Source of the DNA: Minisyncoccota bacterium | GTDB lineage: Bacteria; Patescibacteriota; Minisyncoccia; Phycocordibacterales; Phycocordibacteraceae | DNA length: 64,000 nucleotides | NCBI GenBank assembly: GCA_035531495.1 | Contig: DATKSU010000005.1 | Location: forward strand, 41,984-105,983 | Direction: 5' to 3' | Shown: one piece after another, positions 9,221 to 17,408 of the stretch | Numbering within the stretch: position 1 is the stretch's first letter | Layout: the number at the start of each line of letters is the position of its first letter | Made by a program: the position numbers and the translations under genes | Notes under the pieces: model-generated | Database searches by the model: none | The model's input: the letters and a program-made list of their open reading frames with translations, nothing else | What the model was told of the DNA's origin: nothing

Positions 9221-10783
9221 TCAATGGCCGTTTATGACCCACTTCTGCTTGATGCCCGGCGGAAAGTATTTCGGATGCTCGTGCGGCCAAAAGACGAGGC
9301 GAGGGATGACCTTCTGGCGTATCGAACCATAGAGATAACGATACTCGTCACTCGAACTTGAAAGGCTTTTTATGATGCTTTCCGTCAGCGCATCTTTGAT
9401 GGATTCGCTATCCTTTACGCCCGCGGCGAGCTCGACGTTGATTTCGAGGTATTCGTTATGCTTCGCGTCGTGCTCAGTCGTCATCGTGAAGCGTCCGGTG
9501 ATGGATTTCTCGATCGCGGGATTCTGCAAGCCGATCTTCACGTGCTCCGGGAAGATGATGGCGCCGTAGAGCTTCGTCGAGAGGTCGGAGCGTTCGTAGA
9601 GATAGACGAACGGCAGCTGTGTGACGGTATCATCGATTCCGGCACGCTTCGCCTCCGCGGCGAGATTGATGCCGACGTCTGTGCACATCTTCACGACGTC
9701 ATCATACGTGAGCACGCCGCCCTGATCGCCGATGTCGTACCGGATGAACGGGAGCGGCGTACCGCCGGTCGCATGAATCTGGCCCTCCTTCCCCGCGTCG
9801 AAGGCGACGAAGTCCGGAATGAACTGCGCCAGGGTCGGCAAGCGGCGCGCCTCGCTGAAAAGCTTCCGGTAGAGCGCGTCATGCCTCAGGGCGAGCCGGC
9901 GCAAGAGTATCGAGAGCGGCGTCTCGGTGGCCATCGAGCCGAGCTCGGCGCTGCCGTAGATGTTCATGATGCTGCGGTAGGGATCCTTCATCCCGGTCTT
10001 CTTCATGAGGTACTCGCGGAAATGCTCGGAGAACGCCTCCGCGGCGCAGACGATGCGCATGTCCCACTGCGCCCATTCGATGCCGTGCTCGGGACCTTCG
10101 TCGATGAGATCCTTCATGAACGGCGGGTAGCCGCAGAGAATGAGTTGTTCGTACGACGGCGCCACGCGCGTGAGCGCCTCGAATATCTCTTTCTTGTTCA
10201 CGCCGGGCGTGATGATGGTGAGCGGCCAGCCGTTCTCCGAGATGCGGCGGAACGCTTCATATGTCAGTGTGCCCCCGATCCACACGCCCATGCCGAAGCC
10301 GATGACGACGAGCGTCGATTTCTTCGGGTCGAGGCCGCTGCGCTCGACGAACAGCCGGTGGTACACCATCGACGCTTCATGCGTATCATCCATGCGCGGG
10401 ATGTAGAACGGCTGTCCGGTCGAGCCGGACGTCGCGGTGAGGACGAGCGGCTTCTCGGCGAGCGCGTGCGCGACGCAGAGCGTATCCCACGGGTGCACGC
10501 GCAGGTAATTCGCCTTCGTTATGGGCGGGATGCGCTCTACGTCCTTGCTGCCGCGGATGGAGCCGGCATCGAAACCGAGCCGTTCGAGGAAGCTGCGGTA
10601 TGCCGGGACGTTCTTAAGCGCATACTTGAAACGGTTCAGGATGGCCGCGCTCGTCGCGCGCGACCAGTCCGCGCTTTCGTTCGTGCGAAGCTTCGTGATG
10701 AAGGCCGGGGAAACCGAAAAAATACGAGGCCGTGCTGGGGTCTTTTTGGTACGCACATAAGCCGATTGCCGGCTCTGTCGCAT
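9221..10783 (-). CDS. PaaK-like (phenylacetate-CoA ligase / F390-synthetase family) adenylate-forming enzyme
   Basis: P-loop-like TSGSTGQPFYIP, IGFGMGVW, YGSAELG. Start moved to ATG 10783-10781 (MRQSRQSAYV...). The 222 Arg-rich residues upstream in the track ORF look like wrong-frame extension. Confidence 0.75.
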   Translation of the reverse strand: MRQSRQSAYVRTKKTPARPRIFSVSPAFITKLRTNESADWSRATSAAILNRFKYALKNVPAYRSFLERLGFDAGSIRGSKDVERIPPITKANYLRVHPWDTLCVAHALAEKPLVLTATSGSTGQPFYIPRMDDTHEASMVYHRLFVERSGLDPKKSTLVVIGFGMGVWIGGTLTYEAFRRISENGWPLTIITPGVNKKEIFEALTRVAPSYEQLILCGYPPFMKDLIDEGPEHGIEWAQWDMRIVCAAEAFSEHFREYLMKKTGMKDPYRSIMNIYGSAELGSMATETPLSILLRRLALRHDALYRKLFSEARRLPTLAQFIPDFVAFDAGKEGQIHATGGTPLPFIRYDIGDQGGVLTYDDVVKMCTDVGINLAAEAKRAGIDDTVTQLPFVYLYERSDLSTKLYGAIIFPEHVKIGLQNPAIEKSITGRFTMTTEHDAKHNEYLEINVELAAGVKDSESIKDALTESIIKSLSSSSDEYRYLYGSIRQKVIPRLVFWPHEHPKYFPPGIKQKWVINGH

Positions 10784-10845
10784 GGATGCGCGCACGTTAC
10801 CACATAAATTGGCGTGTGTAAACGCCTGTGGGGATAGCGCTCTGA

Positions 10846-12354
10846 CTACGCCAGTCCCGGGAAGTAGTCGGTCTTGATGGAAAGGCGCGGGACGCCGAGC
10901 GTGTGGAGCGCGCGTTTCATGGCGTCCACCATGCCCGGCGGGCCGGAGAGGTAGAAGAGGCGGTTGCGATAATCGGGAATCTCGCGCTTGATGAACGCCG
11001 CGTCGATTGCGCCTGCGTGCGCGCCCGGCATGAGGGTCGTGCTGTCTGTTATGGCGTAGACGGTCCGCAAGCCGCGGGTCGCCGCGCTCGCGAAGACGTC
11101 CTGGTAGGCGACCTCTTCGGCCGTGCGGCTCGAGTAGAGGAGGACGGCATCGCGCGACTCCCCCGCCGCGACCAGGTGCCGCGCCATACTCGCGAAGGGC
11201 GTGACGCCCACCCCGCCCGCGATAAAGGCGAGCTTGTGATTCTTGTCGACCGGCATGGTGAAATCGCCCGAGAGCGATGCGGCCGTGACGACGCCGTCTT
11301 GCGGGATGGCCGCAAGCGCGCGCTTGAAGGCGCTCGGTTTCTCGTAGAAGCGGACGCCGAGCCGGATCTGGCCGTCCTCCGGCGCCGAGGCGATAGTGAA
11401 GTAGCGGCGGTTGCCGCGGCTGTCGAACGGCACATCGCGCAGCGTCCACTCGAGGTATTGCCCCGGACGGAAGGTGAACGGGCGATCGGGCCGGAAGACG
11501 AACTCGTAGATGCCGCGCGCGAGCTTATGGCGCTCCGTGAGCGTGAGCATGTAGCGGCCTTTCGGGCTCACGACGTACGAGAAGAGATTCCCGGCAAGGA
11601 GTGCCGTCTCCGGCGTGAAGTAGAAGGAGCCGACGTGCGCGGCCGGCACGAAGAGCACGCCGACGAGCGCGCCATAGATGATGCGCAGCGTGCGCGACGG
11701 CGGCATCGTGAGGGGTTCGGTGAGCATGACAAAGCCGAGGAAGAAGAACGCCGAGTGGAGGATGGTCTCGTTCAGGCCGGTCACGGGGCTGAGCGACGTG
11801 AACGCGGTGGCGAGGAGCGCGGCGACGCCGAACGCGATGACGAGGTCGTAGCGCCGGAGCTTGTGGACGATGGCGAGCCCGCCGATGACGACGAACGGCA
11901 GCAAAGGCAGGTTCCCCGACACCCACCACGTCGCGTTCACCGCGAAGACGAAGGCCGAGAACGCGACCGCGAACGCCGCCGGGTTGAAGACGTGCTTGTT
12001 CCCGAGCGAGAAGATGTACTTCGACGCGGTGCCGGCGGCGGCGATGAGCGCGTAGAGGATGGTTGCGCCGATGCTGCCGGCCGAGATGGGCGGCAGGATG
12101 AGGACGAGGATGAGCCCCGTGATGAGCGAGGATTCCGCGTTCGTCACCGCGTCGAAGATGTTCGCGAAAATGAGGTTCGTCGCCCACGAGCCCGCGACGA
12201 GCACGATGAGCGTATAGAGGAGCGGGACGGGCGCGTACGGCAGGATGCCGAATACGCCGAAGGCGAGCGCGACGACATAGAGAACGACGAGGTAGTAGAG
12301 CACGAGCCGATACATCGTCGTGCGGTCGATGAGGCGCTTCAGAGCGGTGATCAT
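10846..12354 (-). CDS. membrane-anchored FAD/NAD(P)-binding oxidoreductase (FNR-like C-terminal module on a ~250-aa polytopic N-terminal domain)
   Basis: C-terminal RYFTIASAP (RxYS FAD motif) and GGVGVTPF (NAD(P) motif). N-terminal half has 6-8 hydrophobic helices. Confidence 0.7.
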   Translation of the reverse strand: MITALKRLIDRTTMYRLVLYYLVVLYVVALAFGVFGILPYAPVPLLYTLIVLVAGSWATNLIFANIFDAVTNAESSLITGLILVLILPPISAGSIGATILYALIAAAGTASKYIFSLGNKHVFNPAAFAVAFSAFVFAVNATWWVSGNLPLLPFVVIGGLAIVHKLRRYDLVIAFGVAALLATAFTSLSPVTGLNETILHSAFFFLGFVMLTEPLTMPPSRTLRIIYGALVGVLFVPAAHVGSFYFTPETALLAGNLFSYVVSPKGRYMLTLTERHKLARGIYEFVFRPDRPFTFRPGQYLEWTLRDVPFDSRGNRRYFTIASAPEDGQIRLGVRFYEKPSAFKRALAAIPQDGVVTAASLSGDFTMPVDKNHKLAFIAGGVGVTPFASMARHLVAAGESRDAVLLYSSRTAEEVAYQDVFASAATRGLRTVYAITDSTTLMPGAHAGAIDAAFIKREIPDYRNRLFYLSGPPGMVDAMKRALHTLGVPRLSIKTDYFPGLA

Positions 12355-13094
12355 GGCGTGGTGTAGGTTACGAAACCGCTCGTGAATATCGCCGTACCGG
12401 TATCCGTGATGGCGTACCCCTCGAGCCCCGGCGTGCGCTCGATGAAAGCGATGCCGTCCTTCCCCATCGCGAATGCCGCGGTGGCGTAACGGTCGGCTTC
12501 GAGCACGTCGGGGCCGATGACGGTCAGGCTCACGATATCACGCAGCTCGCGCGACGGATCGTGCGGGTCGTAGATATGCGCTCCGCGCAGATAGGAGCCG
12601 GAGGTCGCAATGCCGGCGCCCTTCGGATAGACGACCTTCACGATCTCGTCAGTCGCGAACGGATTGCGGATGCCGACCTTCCAGGGCTCGCCGTTCGCAT
12701 TCTGTCCGCTCATGGCGATGTCACCGCCGGCGTTCACAAAGAAATGCTGTTGGCCGTTCTCCCGGATGCGCGCGGCCGCGTTCTTGACCGCCCAGCCCTT
12801 CACGATGCCGGACGGGTCGAGTGACCCGTCCGGCCGGCGGATGTCGAAGTAGCCGCCCGTCTCCGCCTTCGTCCGCTCGGCGATGGCGAAGACCTCGCGC
12901 ATCTCGCGGCTCGCGGTCTCGGGCGCGAACTCGCCGCGATTGATGCGTGATATCTCGCTCGTGTCCTTGTACGTACTGAAACGCTCGTCCACCGCTTGGA
13001 GGTACGCGAAGGCGTCCTCAACGGCCGGCTTCGTCCCCTCGCCCACGATCTCAATCTCGACGGGCATGCCCATCACGGGGCGAATCTCGCGCAT
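12351..13094 (-). CDS. apbE: FAD:protein FMN transferase (ApbE family)
   Basis: ApbE-like motifs (TSEISRINR; SGIVKGWAV; GGDIAMSG; IATSGSY). 4-nt overlap with the upstream gene. Confidence 0.85.
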   Translation of the reverse strand: MREIRPVMGMPVEIEIVGEGTKPAVEDAFAYLQAVDERFSTYKDTSEISRINRGEFAPETASREMREVFAIAERTKAETGGYFDIRRPDGSLDPSGIVKGWAVKNAAARIRENGQQHFFVNAGGDIAMSGQNANGEPWKVGIRNPFATDEIVKVVYPKGAGIATSGSYLRGAHIYDPHDPSRELRDIVSLTVIGPDVLEADRYATAAFAMGKDGIAFIERTPGLEGYAITDTGTAIFTSGFVTYTTP

Positions 13095-13097
13095 GGA

Positions 13098-13628
13098 CTA
13101 GCTCTGCGCTTGCTGCAGCGCGGCGGCGAGCGACTGTCGGAACGCGATGCTCGTGTCGGTCGCGCCGGAGATGAGGTCGACGTTCGCGCTCTGCACGGAG
13201 AGCGCCTCCTGCGAGAGCATCGGCATCGCCTGCTGGTTGATATAGACGGAGGTCGAGTGGGTGTTCGGGTACTGGAGGAAGGAGACGTTCGCGAGGGCGC
13301 CGTTCTTGATGGTCGCCTGCACCTCGACCGGGCCGTAGTAGGCGTCCGCGACGGCGCCGGTGTAGGTGCCGTCCTTGTAGCCGCTCTTCGCCGGCGGCGG
13401 CGTCGCAGGCGTAGCGGCCGGATTTGCGGCCGGCGGCGGGTTGCCGGAGTTCGCCGACGACGGCTGCACGGGTGCCGGTGGCGTCGCAGCAGGCGCACCG
13501 CCCCCGGCTGGCGCCGTCACGTTATTTGAAATCTGGATGCCGGACGGCGCCGATGCCCCCGCCGAGCGGGAAAAAACATACAGGGCCGAAGCCCCGACAA
13601 GTACGAGCGCTAGCAACGTCTTTTTCAT
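13098..13628 (-). CDS. secreted FMN-binding domain protein (NqrC/RnfG-like flavinylation target)
   Basis: Signal/anchor MKKTLLALVLVGASALYVF, Pro/Ala-rich linker, and the canonical flavinylation motif ISGATDTS near the C-terminus. Confidence 0.8.
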   Translation of the reverse strand: MKKTLLALVLVGASALYVFSRSAGASAPSGIQISNNVTAPAGGGAPAATPPAPVQPSSANSGNPPPAANPAATPATPPPAKSGYKDGTYTGAVADAYYGPVEVQATIKNGALANVSFLQYPNTHSTSVYINQQAMPMLSQEALSVQSANVDLISGATDTSIAFRQSLAAALQQAQS

Positions 13629-13718
13629 ATACCCATATTACTCTTCATCCGGCCGTTTCGTTTCATCCGATGCCCTACAATAGACGGAGGTACTTCTTAC
13701 CCGCTTACCGAACCCGCA

Positions 13719-14273
13719 ATGGCCTACTACGTCGTCGAAGAATCCCCGTTCTCGCATTTCTTCGTTGCCAGCACGAAAAGCGCCCCGTTCTGGTTCCTCG
13801 TGCGCCTCTACGTCGGCTGGGAGTGGCTCTCTGCCGGCTGGGAGAAGTTCCAGAATCCGGCGTGGTTCGGCTCAAGCGCCGGCGCGGCATTGAACGGCTT
13901 CGTCCAAGGCGCGCTCGGCAAGACGGGCGGCGCGCACCCGGACGTGCAGAGCTGGTACGCGGCCTTCCTCCAGAGCACAGTCCTCCCCCACCTCGTCGTC
14001 TGGTCGAACGCAGTCGCCATCGGCGAGTTCCTCGTCGGCCTTGGGCTCATTTTCGGTGTCTTGACCGGCATCGCCGCGTTCTTCGGCCTTTTCATGAACT
14101 TGAATTATCTCCTCGCCGGAACCGTGAGTCTGAACCCTATCCTCTTCACGCTCTCGGTCGGCCTCGTCCTCGCGTGGCGCGTCGCGGGCTACTATGGCGG
14201 CGACCGCTACGTGCTGCCGCTCCTGCATCGCTCGCTCCGCCCGCGCGGCTTGCCGCGGCTGAAAAAGCTCTAG
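13719..14273 (+). CDS. DoxX family membrane protein
   Basis: 184-aa polytopic protein with a DoxX-like helix pattern (FWFLVRLYVGWEWLSAGWEKF...). Confidence 0.65.
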   Translation: MAYYVVEESPFSHFFVASTKSAPFWFLVRLYVGWEWLSAGWEKFQNPAWFGSSAGAALNGFVQGALGKTGGAHPDVQSWYAAFLQSTVLPHLVVWSNAVAIGEFLVGLGLIFGVLTGIAAFFGLFMNLNYLLAGTVSLNPILFTLSVGLVLAWRVAGYYGGDRYVLPLLHRSLRPRGLPRLKKL

Positions 14274-14318
14274 CCGCGCCCCGGGCGCGGCTAGGCCGGC
14301 TCGCATGCTTGAAGCGCG

Positions 14319-14579
14319 CTAGCCGAGGTCTTTCTTCTTCTCTTCGAACTCCGCTTTGCCAATCTCGCCCTTCGCGTAGCGCTCCTTTAGGATGTCGAGC
14401 GCCGCCTCGCCGTGCCCGTGCCGGCAGCGCCACATGGACTTCCCGCGCGCGAAGCGCACGAGCGCCACGATGGCGGCGATGAAGACGATGACCCAGAAGA
14501 TGGAGAACAGGATGCCCATGATGCCGAATCCTTCGTATCCGCCCATCATCGGATGCCCGTAATAGCCGTATCCCCACAT
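14319..14579 (-). CDS. SHOCT domain membrane protein
   Basis: N-terminal TM helix plus C-terminal ALDILKERYAKGEIGKAEFEEKKKDL, a typical SHOCT motif. Confidence 0.8.
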   Translation of the reverse strand: MWGYGYYGHPMMGGYEGFGIMGILFSIFWVIVFIAAIVALVRFARGKSMWRCRHGHGEAALDILKERYAKGEIGKAEFEEKKKDLG

Positions 14580-14634
14580 AGTCGTGATTCGTTAGGCTGA
14601 TAACCGTACCTGATACTACTACTCCCGAACACCC

Positions 14635-15078
14635 ATGGGAAATGCGCTCGGGATTGGCGCGCACGGCCGCGCCGCGTATGATAGCCGCATGCAATCGTCC
14701 CTCGGCATCACGAAGAAGGTCCCCTACCCGTTCGCGGAAGCGATAGAGAAGGCGAAAACCGCGCTCGCAGAGGAAGGGTTCGGCGTCCTTACGGAAATCG
14801 ACGTCGCGGCGACGCTTAAGTCGAAGCTCGGCGTCGCGCGCGAGCCGTATGTCATCCTCGGTGCCTGCAACCCCGCGCTCGCGAACGAGGCCCTCCAGGC
14901 GGAAAATGAGGTCGGTCTCCTTCTCCCATGCAACGTCGTCGTGTACGAGAACGGCGGGGTCGTGTATGTCTCGGCCGTGAAGCCGAGCGCAATGCTCGGC
15001 GTCATCGAGAACGCGGCGCTCGCCTCGGTCGCACGCCGCGCCGAAGAGAAGCTCGCGTGCGCCGTCGAGAAGCTCTGA
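14635..15078 (+). CDS. DUF302 domain protein
   Basis: GFGVLTEIDVAATLKSKLGVAREPYVILGACNP matches the DUF302 core. True start may be the internal ATG at 14689 (MQSSLGI...). Confidence 0.8.
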   Translation: MGNALGIGAHGRAAYDSRMQSSLGITKKVPYPFAEAIEKAKTALAEEGFGVLTEIDVAATLKSKLGVAREPYVILGACNPALANEALQAENEVGLLLPCNVVVYENGGVVYVSAVKPSAMLGVIENAALASVARRAEEKLACAVEKL

Positions 15079-15084
15079 GCGGCG

Positions 15085-15714
15085 CTAGTCCGGCGTGACC
15101 GGCTCGAGACCTTCCTCTTCGAGCGCCTTCTTCACGCCAGCGCGCGCCTCCATCCGCTTCATAAGGGCGGCGATGTTCGGATAGTCTGCGAGCGCGATGC
15201 CGGCGCGCGGCGACCAGCGCATGATGGTATAGCAGTACGCGTCCGCGATGCTGAAGTCGCGGCCGAGAAGGTAGTCCTTCCCCGCGAGCGACGCGTCCAC
15301 GTACGCGTAGCGCTTCTTCAGCCGGTCGATCGCGGCCGTCTTCTGGCCTTCCAGCAGATTCGGATTGAAGAGCGGTCCGAACCCCTTGTGCAGTTCCGTG
15401 CTGACGAACGTGATCCAGGAGAGCATCTCGTAATACGCTTTTGCGCCGCGCTCGGGCATGAGCTTCTTCCCGGGAGCCTGGTCCGCGAGGTATTGGATAA
15501 TCGCCGGACCCTCGATGAGCACGTCGCCGTCGTCGAGCCGGCAGGCGGGCACATAGCCGCCGCGCGGGTTCACCTCATAAAAATCCTCACCGTCCTCGGT
15601 CGTCCGGCCCTCGGCCGAGAAAGTGACTTTCGATAATTCGACGGGGAGTCCGCCTTCGCAGGCGACGATGTGCGGCGAGAGCGAGCACGCGCCAGGAGAG
15701 TAATAAAGTTTCAT
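15085..15714 (-). CDS. glutathione S-transferase
   Basis: MKLYYSPGACSLSPHIV N-terminal thioredoxin-like GST fold and an alpha-helical C-terminal domain. 209 aa. Confidence 0.85.
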   Translation of the reverse strand: MKLYYSPGACSLSPHIVACEGGLPVELSKVTFSAEGRTTEDGEDFYEVNPRGGYVPACRLDDGDVLIEGPAIIQYLADQAPGKKLMPERGAKAYYEMLSWITFVSTELHKGFGPLFNPNLLEGQKTAAIDRLKKRYAYVDASLAGKDYLLGRDFSIADAYCYTIMRWSPRAGIALADYPNIAALMKRMEARAGVKKALEEEGLEPVTPD

Positions 15715-15753
15715 AGCGTCAGGTTATGTGAACTGGTAACGTAGTACATAGTA

Positions 15754-16500
15754 GTGACCCGCACGAGCGGCCCGCCTGTGGATAACAGCCCTAACGATTC
15801 ACCCCCTATGAAAATCAAGGATTCCGTCATCATCATCACCGGCGCCTCAGGCGGCATCGGCCTTGCTGCGGCGCGCGAGCTCGCGAAACGCGGCGCGCGA
15901 GTCGTGCTCGCGGCGCGCTCGAGAGACAAGATCGCGGCGCTCGAGAAGGAACTCCCGGGTTCCCTCGCAATCCCGACGGACATGCGCACGCCCGAGGAGG
16001 TCCGCCGCCTCATCGACGAGACGAAGCGGAAATTCTGCCGCATCGACGTCCTCATCAACAACGCCGGCCAGGGGCTGCGCGCCAGCGTCGGCGATATCGA
16101 CATGAACGAGTACCGCAGCATCATGGAGTTGAACGTCTTCGCCGCGCTCGAGGCGATGCAAGCCGTCATCCCGGTCATGCGGGAACAGGGCGGCGGCATG
16201 ATACTTAATATCAGCTCGCTCGTCTCGAAGTACTACTTCCCCTCCCTCGCCGCCTATGCCTCGACCAAGTACGCGCTGAACGCGCTCACGCTCACCGCGC
16301 GCGAGGAGCTCGCGCGCGAGCACATCGTCGTCAGCGCCTTCCACCCGAAGATGACGGCGACCGAGTTCGGCGCGAACGCGCTCGGCACGCCGTACTCCTC
16401 CGCCGCCGGCCGTCCCGGGATGAACGCCGACGCGGCCGAAGAGGTCGCGGCGAAGATCGCCGGCCAGATCGAATCCGAGGAAGCCGAGGTGCAGATGTAA
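15754..16500 (+). CDS. SDR family oxidoreductase
   Basis: TGASGGIG glycine motif, NNAG, and catalytic YxxxK (YASTKYALN). Start may be the internal ATG (MKIKDSV) near 15808. Confidence 0.85.
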   Translation: MTRTSGPPVDNSPNDSPPMKIKDSVIIITGASGGIGLAAARELAKRGARVVLAARSRDKIAALEKELPGSLAIPTDMRTPEEVRRLIDETKRKFCRIDVLINNAGQGLRASVGDIDMNEYRSIMELNVFAALEAMQAVIPVMREQGGGMILNISSLVSKYYFPSLAAYASTKYALNALTLTAREELAREHIVVSAFHPKMTATEFGANALGTPYSSAAGRPGMNADAAEEVAAKIAGQIESEEAEVQM

Positions 16501-16572
16501 TCCCGCCGGCGCGCGTAGTACGGAATGTGCTATAGTCCGCCCGGAATCGATATCACCCTTGGAGAAAACCGC

Positions 16573-17355
16573 ATGCAACCCTATCCGAAGTACGAGTCGA
16601 AAACGAAGATAACCGTGCCCGCTCTCGTCCTCGGCGGGACGGGCGGCCTCGGTCGCGAGATCGTGAGGGCCCTCGTCGCGAGCGGCGTGCGCAAGCTCGC
16701 CTTCACGTACGGACGTAACGAGGCCATGGCGAAGAAACTCGCGGCGGAACTCCGCCGGAAGAGGATCCGCGTGTACTGCGCCCATGCTGACCCGCTCGAT
16801 GAGAAAGGATTCAAACGGTTCCTCGAAGAGGCGGCGGCCGCGATCGGCGGAGAATTCGGCGTCGCGGTAAATACTGTCGGCACGTCGCCGGTCGGCCCGC
16901 TCCGTACCCAAACCATCGCGAAGTGGCGGGAGGTCTATGACGTGAATGTCATCGGTTGCTTCGCTATGGCTCGTGCCATCGCGGAAAGGATGCGGAAGAA
17001 GTCCACCAAGGGCTCCATCGTCCTCATCACCTCGAATGCGGGCACGATCGCTCACTCTGGAACGGGAAATTCCGCTCACTATGATTCTTCCAAAGCCGCG
17101 CAGGCGCAGGTGATGAGAATTTTGGCAGAATATTACGCGCCGGATATCCGCATCAATAGCATCGCGCCAGGATGGATCGAGACGGAGATGAACGCGAATC
17201 TCCCTAAAGCGGACCGGCAGCGGGAAATACGGAAGACCTGGACGAAGCGGTTCGGCGAGCCGGAAGAGATTGCGAGCTGGGTCGCCTTCCTCTTGAGCCC
17301 GGCTGCATCATTCGCGTACGGGCAGAATTTCCACGTCGACGGCGGATACCGCTAG
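16573..17355 (+). CDS. SDR family oxidoreductase (FabG-like)
   Basis: GGTGGLG, NTVG and YDSSKAA (YxxxK). Start set at MQPYPKY; the track ORF begins 48 nt earlier. Confidence 0.85.
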   Translation: MQPYPKYESKTKITVPALVLGGTGGLGREIVRALVASGVRKLAFTYGRNEAMAKKLAAELRRKRIRVYCAHADPLDEKGFKRFLEEAAAAIGGEFGVAVNTVGTSPVGPLRTQTIAKWREVYDVNVIGCFAMARAIAERMRKKSTKGSIVLITSNAGTIAHSGTGNSAHYDSSKAAQAQVMRILAEYYAPDIRINSIAPGWIETEMNANLPKADRQREIRKTWTKRFGEPEEIASWVAFLLSPAASFAYGQNFHVDGGYR

Positions 17356-17408
17356 CTGCTCTCCGGGTTCTTCCACAGGCCGCGCTTCGCGCGGCTTATT
17401 TTTTCGGC

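Noticed and set aside
9458-10807. 449-aa + ORF and neighbouring long + ORFs (10903..12366, 12996..13529, 13424..14482)
   Set aside because: They lie antisense to the PaaK-like, membrane reductase, ApbE and FMN-binding genes. Their Arg/Glu/Asp-rich composition is typical of high-GC reverse-strand frames and they have no domain signatures.
15847-17079. 410-aa minus ORF overlapping both SDR genes
   Set aside because: It is antisense to two + strand genes with clear SDR motifs and is low-complexity.
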